64,000 bases of DNA from Mobula hypostoma (taxonomy: Eukaryota). The stretch spans positions 115,198,001 through 115,262,000 of the forward strand of contig NC_086108.1 of assembly GCF_963921235.1 (NCBI RefSeq), in the 5' to 3' direction. Shown piece by piece: positions 1 through 13,549 of the stretch. The notes beneath the pieces were generated by a model. It was not told the DNA's origin and ran no database searches. It saw only the letters and a program-made list of their open reading frames with translations. The position numbers and the translations under genes were made by a program. Position 1 is the first letter of the stretch; each line of letters begins with the position of its first letter.

Positions 1-1325
1 AACCACTAACCCACCCCTCCACACCCCGGACCACTAACTCACCCCTCCACACCCCCGACCAATAACCGACCCCTCCACACCCCCACCCACTCTCCCACCC
101 CTCCACACCCCAACCACTAACCCACCCCTCCACACCCCCACCCACTAACCCACCCCTCCACACCCTCACCCAGTAACCCACCCTTCCACACCCCCAACCA
201 CTAACCCACCCCTGCACACCCCCAACCACTAACCCACCCCTCCACACCCCCAACCCACTAACCCACCCCTCCACACCCCCACCCACTAACCCACCCCTCG
301 ACACCCCCACCCACTAACCCATCCCTCCATACCCCAAACCACTAACCCACCCCTCCACATCCCCACCCACTAACCCACCCCTCCACACCCCCACCCACTA
401 ACCCACCCCACCACACCCCCACCCACTAACCCACCCCTCCACACCCCGACCCACTAACCCACCCCTCCACACCCCCAACCACTAACCCACCCCTCCACAC
501 CCCCACTCACTAACCCACCCCTCCACACCCCCACTCACTAACCCACCCCTCCACACCCCCACCCACTAACCCATCCCTCCATACCCCAAACCACTAACCC
601 ACCCCTCCACATCCCCACCCACTAACCCACCCCTCCACACCCCCAACCACTAACCCACCCCACCACACCCCCACCCACTAACCCACCCCTCCACAACCCG
701 AACCACTAACCCACCCCTCCACACCCCCAACCACTAACCCACCCCTCCACACCCCCACTCACTAACCCACCCCTCCACACCCCCACCCACTAACCCACCC
801 CTCCACACCCCCACCCACTAACCCAACCCCTCCACACCCCCACCCACAAACCCACCCCTCCACACCCCCACCCACTAACCCAACCCCTCCACACCCCAAC
901 CACTAACCCACCCCTCCACACCCCTACCCACTAACCCACCCCTCCACACCCCCACCCACTAACCCACCCCTCCACACCCCCAACCACTAACCCACCCCTC
1001 CACACCCCCACCCATTAACCCAACCCCTCCACACCCCAACCACTAACCCACCCCTCCACACCCTCACCCACTAACCCACCCCTCCACACCCCCAACCACT
1101 AACCCACCGCTCCACACCCCCACCCACTAACCCACCCTTCCACACCCCGAACCACTAACCCACCCCTCCACACCCCCACCCACTAACCCACCCCTCCACA
1201 CCCCCAACCACTAACCCACCCCACCACACCCCCAACCACTAACCCACCCCTCCACACCCCCACTCACTAACCCACCCCTCCACACACCACCCTCTAACCC
1301 ACCCCTCCACACCCCCACCCACCAC
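1..1325. repeat. 28-bp C-rich minisatellite (~47 units; runs off the window start)
   Basis: Unit cccactaacccacccctccacaccccca; period 28 (taaccc at 371 and 399). Confidence 0.95.
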
Positions 1326-1562
1326 TACTTTATCATTTCCCGTCAGTCACCTTGTGTACGGACACTGCTGTGCCTAGCGTCACTTTATGGACATACAATC
1401 AATCAATTTATATAAGCTATCTTGTGTATTTATATTATTGTATTTTTAAATTATTATTGTGTTCTTTATCTCACTGTTCTTGTGAGCTGCATCTGATCCA
1501 GAGTAACAATTAGTTTGTTCTTTTCACTGGAGATGACATTAAACAATCTTGAATCTTGAATC
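1321..1562 (+). mobile_element. LINE-type 3' tail ending in (cttgaat)n
   Basis: accactactttatcatttcc...tcttgaatcttgaatc; a related copy lies at ~33585-33790. Confidence 0.55.
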
Positions 1563-3239
1563 AACTGCTCTGTAAAATTTAAAAACTTTCCACTCAGATA
1601 TATTTTCATGTTCTCTCCTGTCACCTTAATCCCATGCCCTTTTGCTTTTGATAACTCCTATTACAGGAGAAGATTCAAACTATCTACGCCTCTTAAAATT
1701 GTTCTTCACTCCTCATTCTCATATCAGGCATGGCAACAGCGTAAGACGTATACTGTGTGGGGGTGGAAAGGTGAATTGTGGGAGGAGTTTGTGTGGAAAC
1801 GTATTCATTAACACTGAACCATGGTTACTCCTTGTAAACACCGATTCCCTGTAACTGACGCTAATACTCTGATCTTTAGTTACTAATCCACATCATTAAA
1901 TCATTCATGATAAATATACGGTCTGTAGAACATTTCATCTCACCATGTGCAAACACCCCCTCAAAGACAGAATTTCATATTTTTCCAAGTGTCCACAAAT
2001 AAGTGACTCACTTAAAACAAACATTTAAATTGGTTTATTATTCTCCCATGTAGCAAGGTTCAGTGACAAAGTCTTGCATGTTTTCAATACGGATCATTCC
2101 AAGACATAGGAGCAGAATTAGGCCATTTGGCCCATCAAGTCTGCTCTACCATTCCATCGTGGCTGATCTACTACTCCCCTTAGCTCTAGTCTCCTGTCTG
2201 CTTCCCATAAGCTTTGATACCTTGATTAACCAAGAACCTATCAACCTCCGCTTTAAATATACCCTAAACAGTACAAAAGGAAAAACAATAACAATGCAGA
2301 ATAGTGTTACAGTGACAGAGAATGTGCAGGTAGACAATAAGAATCAGATTTAATATTACTGGCATATGTTATGAAACAGTATATTTCAATACATAATAAA
2401 AATATATTTCCCATTATTTTATGTATTAGTTTAGTGATTCAAAGAGGGAAATAACAGTGAGGTACTGTTCATGGGTTCATTTTCTGTTCAGAAATCTGAT
2501 GGCGGAGGAGAAGAAGCTGTTTTTGAAATGGTGAGTGTGTGTCTTCAGGTTCCTGTACCACGTCCTGCTGATAGAACTGAGAAGGCACATCCTGAGTAAT
2601 GGTGCCCTTAAAGAAGGATGCCTCCTTCGTGAGGCATCACCTTTTGAAGGTGTCCTGGATGCTGGGGAGACTAGTACCCATGATGGAGCTGGATGAGTTA
2701 ACAACGCTCTGTGAGCTTTTTCTGTGCTCCTCCGTACCAAACAGTGATACAATCGGTTAGAAGGTGCAAGGCCATAACGAGGCAGATTTAATTTTGCAGC
2801 CGTTAGTTCTTGTTTTCTGCTAAGTCTAACAATGAGTTCGTAAACAGTCCATTTCTCATGGACCATCATCGCAACTGTCATTCAGCCTCTCCTCCCTGTC
2901 ACACATCTCCCTTTTATTTCTGCTGCTCAGCTGTTTTCTTGCAGCAGAACCTGCTTAATATTCTAATTATTCCCAGTTCTGGAGAGAAATCAAACTTCAA
3001 GCATTAACTTTGGAAATATAACCAGAAAATGCTGGAAAGCTTCAGCAGGTCCAGCAGAATAATTTGATTTGATTTTTGATTTTAAACTTTGGATTTTTGT
3101 TTACAGATGTTCTCTGTCTTGTTGAGGATTTCCAGCTTTTTATTTCCGATGTGCAGCATGTACAGAACAGTAAAATGCTGACAATCTGCTCTGTGATTTT
3201 TCCTGGAGAGTCAGATGATCCAGGATTTATCTCACCCTA

Positions 3240-3930
3240 TGTCTACTCCCTTTAAACTGGGACTCTGTTCCCTGCTCCCTTTAAACCCATTGGGACCCTG
3301 TCTCCTGTTCCTTTTAACCATACCGAGACTCCCTTTGCTGCATTCTTTAAATTCACTGGAACCCCCTTTTGAATCACCGAGAGCCCTTTCCCATCCCCTT
3401 TAAACTCATCAACACTCATTTCCCACTCCCTTTAAGCATACCGGCCCAGTCTTCTGCTCCCCTTAAACCCACTGGGGCCCCAGCTCCCACTCCCTTTAGA
3501 CCTACTGGGGACCCTGTCTCCAGCTTCCTTTTGAACCCACTGGAACCCAGTCTCCTGCTCCCCTTAAACCCACTCCCTTTAAACCCACCAGACCCCATCT
3601 CCCACTTCTCTTAAACCTACTGGGCCTCATCTCATATTCCCCTTAAACCTACCGGAACCCTGTTCCCAACTTCCCTTAAACCTGAAGGAACCCTGTCTCC
3701 CACACCCTTTAAACCCAATGAGACCTGATTTTTGGCTCCTGTGAAACCCACTGGGCCACCCCCCCTCCCCCGGTCTCTTGCTCCCTGTAATCTCACAGTA
3801 GTGCTGTGTCCCATAATCCTTTACATCACTGGACACACGGTTGCTGTGTTCCCTTTAAACTCACTAGGACCCCATTTCAAACATTTCTTCCCCTCCTCTT
3901 TAAACCCCACATTTATTTCCAACCCCACCC
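3240..3930. repeat. Degenerate C-rich minisatellite
   Basis: Recurrent cccttaaaccc...gggaccctgtctcc motif about every 33-35 bp. Confidence 0.75.
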
Positions 3931-5019
3931 CCCCCGGTCATTCAGTCTTCATACCCTCCGGAGCAGAGAATTCCAGAGATTCCCCTCCCTCTGTGAGAAG
4001 TGCCTACACACCACAGTTTTAAATGTGCACCGTAATCTTGGAACTCTCCCCTAGATTGAGGTGTGCCCACTGGGAGAATATTGACATCCAGCTATCACTC
4101 TCAGGATCTTACAACATCAGACCCTTCAACTCAGCACATCCTTGACAATCATAAGATTAGCTTGTATTCCTTATTGAAGGAATGGTATCCTACAGGAAAG
4201 ATGTGGAAGTTTTGGGGAGGATGTGGCCTGCATTGAAGTCTATTAGCGATAAGAAGAGAATGTGGAGCATAGAACAGTACAGGGCTTCAGGCCCACGATG
4301 TTGTGCCTACACTTTAACCTACTTCCCTCCCACAGAGGCCTCCATTTTTCTATCCTCTATATACCTATCTAAGATTCTCTTAAATGTCCCTAATGTATCT
4401 GCCTCTCCCTGGCAGCACATTCCACACACGTACCATTACTTGTGTGAAAAACCTGCCTATAACATCCCACCACTTTCTTCCAATCACTTTAAAATTAGCC
4501 CACTCCCTTAACCATTTCTACACTGGGAAAAGTCTCTGGCTGTCCCTTCTTAAGTTGGCAAAAGATTCCTTTCTCTGGATTGTTGGTGGCTGAGAGGAGA
4601 CCTGATAAGGATCTATAAAACTAAGAGAGGCATAGATAGTGTATGCAGTCAGTTTTTTCCCCAGTGTGGAAATGTCAAATACTACAGGGTATAGGATAAA
4701 GTGAGGGAAGTAACTGTGTAGTAGCGTGGACCAGGTTTCATTCCCCTAAAGACTGTGGGTAAACTCAACAGTGAATTGCATATTATTTTTTATAGGATTA
4801 TTTTTATATTTATATTTTTGCATTTTGTTTTACTTATTGAGTTTTTTATGCTGCATCACATCCAGAGTAACAAACATGCATGTACTGAAGAATGGCAATA
4901 AGCAATCTTGAATAAGGGACCAAATCTGTACATTCTAGTTCTGATGTGAGCTCAGTACAACTGTTGCAAACTTTTCCAAATTCTAACCCTCTTCACATCA
5001 CCCTCTGGACTATAATCTC

Positions 5020-5540
5020 ATTAGAGGAAGGATGTCAAGCTTTCGACAGGGTGCAGAGGAGGTTAGTCGAGATATTGCCTGGATTAGAGGGCATGCTATA
5101 ACAAGAGGCTGGACAAACTTGGATTGTTTTCTGTGGAGCAATGGAGGCTGAAGGGAGATCTGATGGAGGGTTATAAGATTCTGAGAGGCATAGATAGAGC
5201 AGAAAGACAGTATCTTTTCCCCAATGTTGAAGTATCTAATACTAGAGGATGTGCTTTTAAAATGAGAGGGGGTAATTCCAAAGGAGATGTGAGGGGCAAG
5301 TTTTTTACACAGAGCGGTGGCTTCCTGCGATGTTCTGCCTGGGATGGTGGTAGAGGCAAAAACATTAGAGACTTCTGGAGACGTTTAGATAGGCACATGA
5401 ATATGAGGGAAATGGAACGATATGGACCTTGTGTAGATAGAGGGGATTAGTTTAGTTGGCCATTTGATTTCTAATCTGATTGGTTCAGCACAACATTGTG
5501 GGCTGAAGGGCCTGTTCCTGTGTTATACTATGTTATAATA
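5020..5540 (+). mobile_element. CR1 LINE 3' fragment
   Basis: ORF2 C-terminus (FSVEQWRLKGDLMEGYKILRGID) plus CR1 3' UTR gggctgaagggcctgtt. Confidence 0.8.
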
Positions 5541-6220
5541 AAGGTTAATGTTCCATTTGCCTTTCTAGCCTGGTGGTTGCATATTGGCCTGCTTGTTTTT
5601 GTGACTTGCGGCTGGGAGCAGTGAGGTCCCTTTGTTCACCTGCAGGGCTTCTCCATTTTGATAACAATTAAACTTTATATTCTTCGTTTTTTCCCCATAA
5701 GAAATTCCTTTCATCCTCCCTCTTCAAACAAATGTTTGGCTGTGTTGATTTTCTCTCTCTCTTCAGCTCCATGTGTGCGGATAAGAGCCCTTAAGTGTCT
5801 GGGGAGCGTTTTATTGTGCAGGGTAGTGTTTATGAATATTCTGTTGTGATGCTGATGCAGTGAGGAGTCGCACACTAGGTGGCAGTCAGTCACTGGTGTG
5901 GCCAAGTTCTCCTGAGGCTCTCCAGTGTAACAACCAGCAGTGATTAAAAATACCTATTAAAAAGTGATTTGCTACATTGTGGGATCAGAAGGTCATACGA
6001 TGAAGATTGAATGAAATGGGCCTGTACTCTTTAGGGGAATGAAAGCTGATCTCATTGAAATGTATGAGACCTTGGAGGGATTGACAGAGCCAATCTTGAG
6101 AGGCAGTTTCCTTTGGCCGCACAGTCCTTAACTGGGGGTAGGTGAAGAATTTGCCTTTCAGAGGTTTGTGGATCAGAATATCTCTCTGCCCCATGGGTGT
6201 GCAGGTACAATGCTAAAATA

Positions 6221-6775
6221 CACTCAGTGGCCTCTATTCTGTACCTACTTCACAAAATAAAGTTGCCACTGAGTGTCTGTCATGGCTTTTGCTGCTGTAG
6301 CCCATGCACTTCAAGTTTCAACGTGTTGTGCATTCACAGATACTCTTCTGCAAACACCACTGTTGAAACCTGTGGTTATTTGAGTTACTGTCACCTTCCT
6401 GTCAGCTTGAACCAGTCTGGCCATTTTCCTCTGCCTCTCTCATTAACAAGGCATTTTTGCCCCACAGAATTGCCACTCACTGGATGTTCTTTGATTCTCG
6501 CACCATTCTTTGTAAACTCTAGAGATTGCTGTGCGTGAAAATCCCAAGAGATCTACAGTTTCTGAGATACTCAAGCATCTCTGTCTGGCATCAAAAATCA
6601 TTCCATGATCAAAGTTACTTAGAGCACATTTATTCCCCATTCTGATGTTTGGTCATAACAATAACTAAACCTCTTGGCCATGTTTGCATTAAGTTGCTGT
6701 CACACGATTGACTGATTAGATATTTTTATTAATGAGCAGGTGTAGAGATGTACCTAATAAAGTGGCCACCTAGTG
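6221..6775 (-). mobile_element. Tc1/mariner non-autonomous element with transposase N-terminal remnant
   Basis: Imperfect TIRs ta|cactcagtggcc...gtacct and gtacctaataaagtggccacctagtg. Minus ORF MGNKCALSNFDHGMIFDARQRCLSISETVDLLGFSRTAISRVYKEW is a Tc1 paired-like HTH. Confidence 0.85.
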
Positions 6776-6794
6776 CATGTAGAATCAAGGGCCA

Positions 6795-7817
6795 GGAGAC
6801 CGGACGGGTAAATGTAGTCAAGGCAGATTATCCCACTGGGGAGGACCTGGAGATAAAGAGACTAGATGGATAAATGTAGTTGAGGCTGATTATCCCACTG
6901 GGGATACGAAAATGGACAGATAAATGTAGTTGAATCAGATAATCCCACTGAGGGAAGGAATGGGGATACGAGACTGGATGGATAAATGTAGTCGAGGCAG
7001 ATTATCCCACTGAGGGAAGGAATGGGGATACGAGACTGGATGGATAAATGTAGTTGAATCAGATAATCCCACTGAGGGAAGGAATGGGGATACGAGACTG
7101 GATGGATAAATGTAGTCGAGGCAGATTATCCCACTGAGGGAAGGAATGGGGATACGAGACTGGATGGATAAATGTAGTCGAGGCAGATTATCCCACTGAG
7201 GGAAGGAATGGGGATACGAGACTGGATGGATAAATGTAATTGAGGCAGATTATCCCACTGAGGGAAGGAATGGGGATACGAGACTGGATGGATAAATGTA
7301 GTTGAATCAGATTATCCCACTGAGGGAAGGAATGGGGATACGAGACTGGATGGATAAATGTAGTTGAATCAGATAATCCCACTGAGGGAAGGAATGGGGA
7401 TACGAGACTGGATGGATAAATGTAGTTGAATCAGATAATCCCACTGAGGGAAGGAATGGGGATACGAGACTGGATGGATAAATGTAGTTGAATCAGATAA
7501 TCCCACTGAGGGAAGGAATGGGGATACGAGACTGGATGGATAAATGTAGTCGAGGCAGATTATCCCACTGAGGGAAGGAATGGGGATACGAGACTGGATG
7601 GATAAATGTAGTCGAGGCAGATTATCCCACTGAGGGAAGGAATGGGGATACGAGACTGGATGGATAAATGTAGTCGAGGCAGATTATCCTACTGGGGAAG
7701 AATCGGGGATTTGAGACCAGATGGGTAAATGTAGTTGAATCAGATTATCCCACTGAGGAAGAAGTGGAGATACGAAACCAGAGAGTTAAATGTAGTCGAA
7801 TCAGATTATCCCACTGA
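6795..7817. repeat. 62-bp tandem repeat (~16 units)
   Basis: Unit gagactggatggataaatgtagtcgaggcagattatcccactgagggaaggaatggggatac; starts at 6970 and 7032. Confidence 0.95.
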
Positions 7818-8309
7818 GTGACAGTGCGGACAAGTAATCTTATTATTATTAATGCCCGAAGAAAAGTGCACAGTTCTTTTATGTTGACCTGAAGAATTAA
7901 CAGGATCTGTGATGAAAGGGTTCGAAAGGTGGCGTCAGTTGTCAATGTGGAGCTTTGTCTGTGACTCTCTGGTGTCAGATCTGATTATGCATTTTTTTAA
8001 AAAGAGAAAGCAGATGATATTTTCATGGAGGATACAATGAGAGTCACCTTGCTTTGGCCGGGTGGTATTCATGTCCTGTTCCATGGGACTGGTGTCCCTG
8101 GACTGAAGGAGCCAAAGGGGTGACCTTGTAGAGGTCATGGTAGCATAATATTCCTCCCACATTCCAAAGACCTATGGGTCAGTAGCTTGCCTATTTACAT
8201 GGGTGACATAGAACCACTGGGTTGGAAGAGCCTGTTACTGTGCAGTATCTCAAAATACACAAAAAAATAAAATCAGATAGGGTGAAAGGTCACATTAATT
8301 TCAGCATAT

Positions 8310-9145
8310 GGAAAATGTGGCTGAGTGGAGCCATCACAACAACCTCTCACTCAATGTCAGCAAGACCAAGGAGCTGGTTACTGACTTCAGGAGGAGGAAA
8401 CCAGAGTCCATGAGCTGGTCTTCATCAGGGAATCAGTGTTATCAGTGTTAAACTCAGTGTTATCGCTTCAGAGAACCTCTTCTGGGCCCAGCATGCAAGT
8501 GCCATAACGGAGAAAGTACCTCTACTTAGAGCTTACAGAGATTCAGCATGACATCCGAAACTTTGACAAGATTAATATAGATGTGTGGTGGAGAGAATAT
8601 TGACCTGGTATGGAAACACCAATGCCCTTGAGCAGAAATTCCTACAAAAAGTAGTGGATATAGCACCGTCCATCACAGGTAAAACCCTCCCAACCATTGA
8701 GCACATCTACGCAGGGCATTGTTGCAGGAAAGCAGCATCCATCATCAGGGACCCCCACCACACAGATCATGTACTCTTTCTCACTGCTGCCATCAGGAAT
8801 GAGGTACAGGAGCTTCAGGACTCACCACCAGGTTCAGGAACCGTTATTATCCCTTAACCATCAGGCTCCTGAACCAGAGGTGGTAACTTCAACAACTTCA
8901 CTCACCCAACACCGAACTGTTCCCACAACCTGTCCCACAAAGACTCTTCATCTCATGGTCTGGATCTTCATTGGTTATTTATTTTTTTTTGTGTTTGCAC
9001 AGTTTGTCATCTTTCGCACATTGGTTGTTTGTCCGTCCATTGGGTGCGTTTTTCATTGATTCTATTGTGTTTCTTGGATTAACTGTGAATGCGCACAAGA
9101 AATATGGTGACATATTTGTGCTTTGATAATAAGTTTACTTTGAAC
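8310..9145 (+). mobile_element. Rex1/Babar-like LINE 3' fragment
   Basis: Degenerate RT C-terminus (ILTWYGN...LQKVV) and tail ending actttgaacttt; a similar copy lies at ~27920-28840. Confidence 0.7.
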
Positions 9146-9824
9146 TTTCTCAGTGCTGGGAAGTCTAAAAGTAGAAGGCATAGCTTTAAAGTGAGGGGGA
9201 GGGAAAGATTTAAAAGCAACTTGAGGTGCAACCTTTTCACCCAGGGAAGAGTGGGACGAACTGTCAGAGAAGGTATGATTATAATGCTTTAAAGACATAC
9301 TGACATGTACATGGATAGGAAAGGTTCAGAAGAATATGGGCCCAGGACATTGCTGAGGGTCCCTACCACCCATTCCACAATCTCTTTGACCCACTACCAT
9401 CAGGAAGGAGGTACAGGAGCATCACTGCCAGGACAGGACTGCCAGACTGGTAACAGCTTCTTTCCTCAGGCTGTGAGATCAATGAATACCCTGCCAGCAC
9501 CGAGGCCTCGTCATTAGGACAGCAAGCTGTTCGTGCCTGTGCTGCACTCTACATGTATTTCAAACTAATTTTTATTCATTTGTTTATGGTAATATTTTGG
9601 TTTATGTGCTGTGTGTGATATATGTTTTGTGGGTGCACTGTGGTCTGGAGGAAAGTTGTTTCATTTGGTTCTATAGATGTACAGTCAAATGAACTTGAAA
9701 TGCAGGCAAATAGGCCGAGCTGAGCCAGACAACTTGGTCGGCATGGACCATTTGGGCTGAATAGCCTATTCCCATGTTGTGTGGCTCTGTGTGATGCTCT
9801 CTAATACTTTTGTGTTTCCCACAG

Positions 9825-10103
9825 ATGCCTGCAGTCATGAGACGCCTGGTGGACAGCACTCACCTTGTGTCCCCCACAGAGTCATTGATCCTATCGTGCG
9901 GAGGGATGGACCGCACGTGCAAGGAGAAGAAACTGGAGGAGATTGTCGTGGTGAACATGTCTAGATGTTACCTGATCAACTTGGGTGACCTGACCCGCTG
10001 CCAGTCTCTGATGATCTGCATTCTGCCCGGGAATTACATCACCAAAATCGATGCTCTCTCATACTGTCCAAATTTAATCAAGTTGGATCTCCATGGCAAC
10101 CAC
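9825..10103 (+). CDS. LRRIQ3: LRRIQ3 coding exon 1 (N-terminus, LRRs)
   Basis: Acceptor tttcccacag|ATG and donor cac|gtaagt; 93 codons. Translation ...SLMICILPGNYITKIDALSYCPNLIKLDLHGNH resembles recalled vertebrate LRRIQ3 (LIKLDLHGNQ). The ATG follows the acceptor directly, so an upstream exon is likely. Confidence 0.9.
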
Positions 10104-10994
10104 GTAAGTGAAGAAGGATGTGTGAGCTGAGTGTAACCGAGTGGTCTAGTTGGAGCGCTGAATGCTGACAATCAGAGTGCTGAATGTTTGATGTTCACAT
10201 CAGCAATCCAGCAACCACCAATCTACAGAGAGACGGAGTCTCGATGTGTTCCATGTGAACCGGGGCTGTCGAGCCTCATTACGTTCCCTCCTCGTCCCAA
10301 AGTGCTTGATCAGCAGCGTACTTTACTGCTTTCTGCAGGCTGTCACTCTGGAGAGACCAGGAGGGCGAGTCTGTCCCAGACACTGCGGTATCTGCAGGCT
10401 GGAAACCCAGCTTTCCAGACTTCCGCCCAGCTATACCTGGGATGTGCTAAATGGAGATGATTGCCTGAGAAGCCCTGCTGGGCAACACAATCAATAAATC
10501 CAGCAGTTCAACGTAAATTTATTATCAAAGTACACATATGTCATCATATACAATCCTGAGATTTCCTTTCTTGTGGGCATTTACAGTAAATACAAAGAAG
10601 CACAATAGAATTAATGAAAGACGGACAAACAGTCAATGTACAAAGGACAACAAACTGAAAATACAAAAGGAGAAAATAAAAAAAAGCAATAAATATTGAG
10701 AATGGGAGATGAAGAGTCCTTGAAAGTGAGTCCTTAGATTGTGAGAACAGTTTAGTGTTGAGGTGAATGAAGTTATCCCCGCTGGTTCAGGAGGTAATTA
10801 CTGTTCCTGAACCTGGTGCTGTGGGCCAGTTCCTGCATTCATTTAGGTTGTTGTTTATCTTTTATCCAAGCACCACTTTGTGGCAATAACCCCACTTCAT
10901 CTCGTATGGACAATGTTTAAAAAATCTTTAAAACTTTGCCTTAAGAGATGCGATCACTTGATTAAAGTGTGATATTCTCCTTGGAGATTGTCCA

Positions 10995-11345
10995 TCAGTG
11001 GGTTCTGACGTGGCTGTAGAGGCTGATCCAGGATGTTAAGTTGGATTCCCTTAATGGAGAACACCAGTGTATGACTTTGTTTAACTTGGGGAGTCTGGTG
11101 CACAGGTAGCCACCACACCGTCTTTGACAGATGGGGTCAGGGTTCAGGGGTGTAGAATGCAAGGACTTTACTATTGCAGCCTTCCTCCGCCTTCTCTGCT
11201 GTTGTGATGTGTCATCATCTTTCACTAGCTCCACTGTTGAGGTTTTGGTTGGATCTCTCTATCTGGAACCTCTCCCTTAACCTTACTGTGATGGGTGAGC
11301 CTACCAGGAGCTGAGCTCTAGTCAGCATCACTCTTGGGATCTCGG
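10995..11345 (-). mobile_element. RTE/Rex3 5'-UTR-like non-autonomous element
   Basis: Reverse complement resembles 11656-12008 and 63328-63660 (ctcctggtagg...gaggttccagatagagag). Confidence 0.55.
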
Positions 11346-11655
11346 GCATTTATCCCAGCACCACTTTGTGGCAATAATCTTACTTCCCCTGGTAAGGCTA
11401 ACATCCAAAAATCTTTAAAGCTTTGCCTTTTTATGGCAATGATTTGGATGATGTTAATTGATGGCTTTGTGGTCAGGTTTGTGGGTGACATGAGCGTGAG
11501 TTGAAGGGAAGGTGGTGTTGATGAACCGGGGAATAGCTGTTTGTCAGAGGTTCAGTGTGCAGCATGTCTCGTGGATTGATACTTATGGTTGTGAGGGGTT
11601 CAGTGAGCTGATGGGTCTGTTTATGTGTTGTGTCATACGATGCTTCTCTGAGGAT

Positions 11656-12008
11656 CATCACCTTGTGGTGGAGAGCCTTATGAAATCCCGAGATTGAAGC
11701 TCATCTCCTGGTAGGGGCATCCATGGGGGTAAGGTCAAGGAGGAGGTTGAAGACAAAGAGCAATCCAAACCAAGACCTCAACAGTGGAGCTGATGGAAGA
11801 TGATGATGATGCATCACAAGGTGGAGGAAGGCTGCAGCAGTGAAGGATCCCCAGCCGTCTTCCATTCCCTGCCACGAGATCTGACCGTCATCTGTCAAGG
11901 ACCTTGTGGTGGCTCCCTGTGCGTCAGCCTCCCCCTGGTAAAAAACGTCACGCACAGCTGTTCTACATTAAGGGAATAACCCCTTTGGAGAACATCATAC
12001 TTGACTCG
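11656..12008 (+). mobile_element. RTE/Rex3 5'-UTR-like non-autonomous element
   Basis: Head atcaccttgtggtggagag...cctggtagggg...ggtaaggtc...agacaaagagc; tail ggagaacatcatacttgactc is shared with 63639-63659. Confidence 0.6.
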
Positions 12009-12224
12009 AGTGATTGCACTCTATGACTATCTTGTGGCAACCTGCTCTCAGCTGAGTTCCTTTCTCTGCAGTGCTGCATGTGGTTAAAATACAATCTTGC
12101 ATCACATTGGAGTTAATGCCTTTACAGCCCTTTGGAGGCTCTCTCCAACCAGTCCCAGTCCTCTACCTTTCCCTAGAGAATAGACACTAACAATCTGAAG
12201 AATCTCCTGTGCTCAGGCCACAAG

Positions 12225-12740
12225 ACATAGAAGCAGATTTAGGCCATTTGGCCTATCAAATCTGCACTGCTATTGTATCATGGCTGACTTATTATCCCTC
12301 CCAGTAACCCTTGACACCCTGATTAATCAAGAATGTATCAATTTCCACTTAAAATATACCCTATGACTTGGCCTCTATGGTCATCTGTGGCAATGAATTC
12401 CACAGATTCACCACCTTCTGGCTATAGAAATACCTCCTTATTTCTATTCTAGAGAAGCCCTCTGGTCTTAGACTCCCCCACTATAGGAAATATTCTCTCC
12501 ACATGCACTCTGTCTAAGCCATTCAATATTTGATAGGTTTCAATGAGCTCCGTCCTCCACTAGTTTCTAAACTCCAGTGAATATAAGTCACGAGCCATCA
12601 AACACTCCTCATATGTTAACCATTTTATTCCCAGCATCATTCTTGTGAACCTCCGCTGGACCCTCTCCAATGCTACCACACCCTTTCTTCAATAAGGGGC
12701 CCATAATTGCTCACAATACTCTTGAGTTCGGTCTGAGCAA
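12225..12740 (-). mobile_element. CR1 3' fragment
   Basis: Reverse complement shows gtggtgaatctgtggaattc and the CR1 3' UTR. Confidence 0.75.
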
Positions 12741-12777
12741 TTTGTACCACTAACATTGTCTCTGTTTCTGTTGTTAG

Positions 12778-13098
12778 ATCACTGAGCTTCCAGGTGAGAG
12801 CTTTTGGTCAGACATGAGGTGTCTGCAAGTTCTCTATCTGCACAACAACATAATTGGTGATGCGAATGACATTGAAGCCCTGTGTGCCTGCCCACGGCTT
12901 ACCGTTCTGACCTTGTCCGACACCCCCGTGAGCCTCTTGCCAAACTATCGACACTTCATCGTCAACAACATCTGGTCTCTCAAAGCTCTGGACAACTTTG
13001 TCATTGCCGATGAGGAAGTCATGGAGGATTGGCCGAGAAATGAGAGATTCAAAGCTTTAAATCCTGAGTTTCTTCTTGAAGTTCCTGCAGTTTCCCAG
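12778..13098 (+). CDS. LRRIQ3: LRRIQ3 coding exon 2 (LRR and LRR cap)
   Basis: ttgttag|ATC ... CAG|gttggt, phase 0/0, 107 codons. ITELPGESFWSDMRCLQVLYLHNN...YRHFIVNNIWSLKALDNFVIADEE matches the LRRIQ3 YRH.VN.IW.LKALD..VI.DEE motif. Confidence 0.92.
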
Positions 13099-13549
13099 GT
13101 TGGTGCCATTGTCTGGTATTGAGAGGAAAAAGTGCTTCAGTTTCCCCTGAGATCAGACAGAAGAGCAGAAATAAATTGCTGGAAATAGGCTGAGAATCCA
13201 TCAGGATTGAAAGGGGAAGGATGGATTGCAGTTTCCAACGGGAAACTCTTTGTTATAATTATTCATTCACAGGCTATGTGAAATATTACTGCAGTCCTTC
13301 TGTTGAAGGTGCACGTATACTGCTGTCGGATTTGTAGATGGATCAAATTAAACTCAAACTCCAGTTTGTTGTCATCTACACAAGTCCATGTCTGCACAGA
13401 TGCACTGGAAAACTGACCTGCAGCAGCATCACAGGCAGAGTGTCAGATAGGCAGCATTCACGAGAAAAACATCGACATAAATTACACACAATTGTTGCTA
13501 AGATAGTAATAAAAATGTAATGATAATAAATACAATTGGAACAATAATA

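Noticed and set aside
1..1325. True interstitial telomere
   Set aside because: No tandem (CCCTAA)n; only one telomere-like heptamer per 28-bp unit.
6795..7817. CRISPR-like regular repeat
   Set aside because: Units are contiguous with no unique spacers; no cas genes; eukaryotic context. The same applies to the other arrays.
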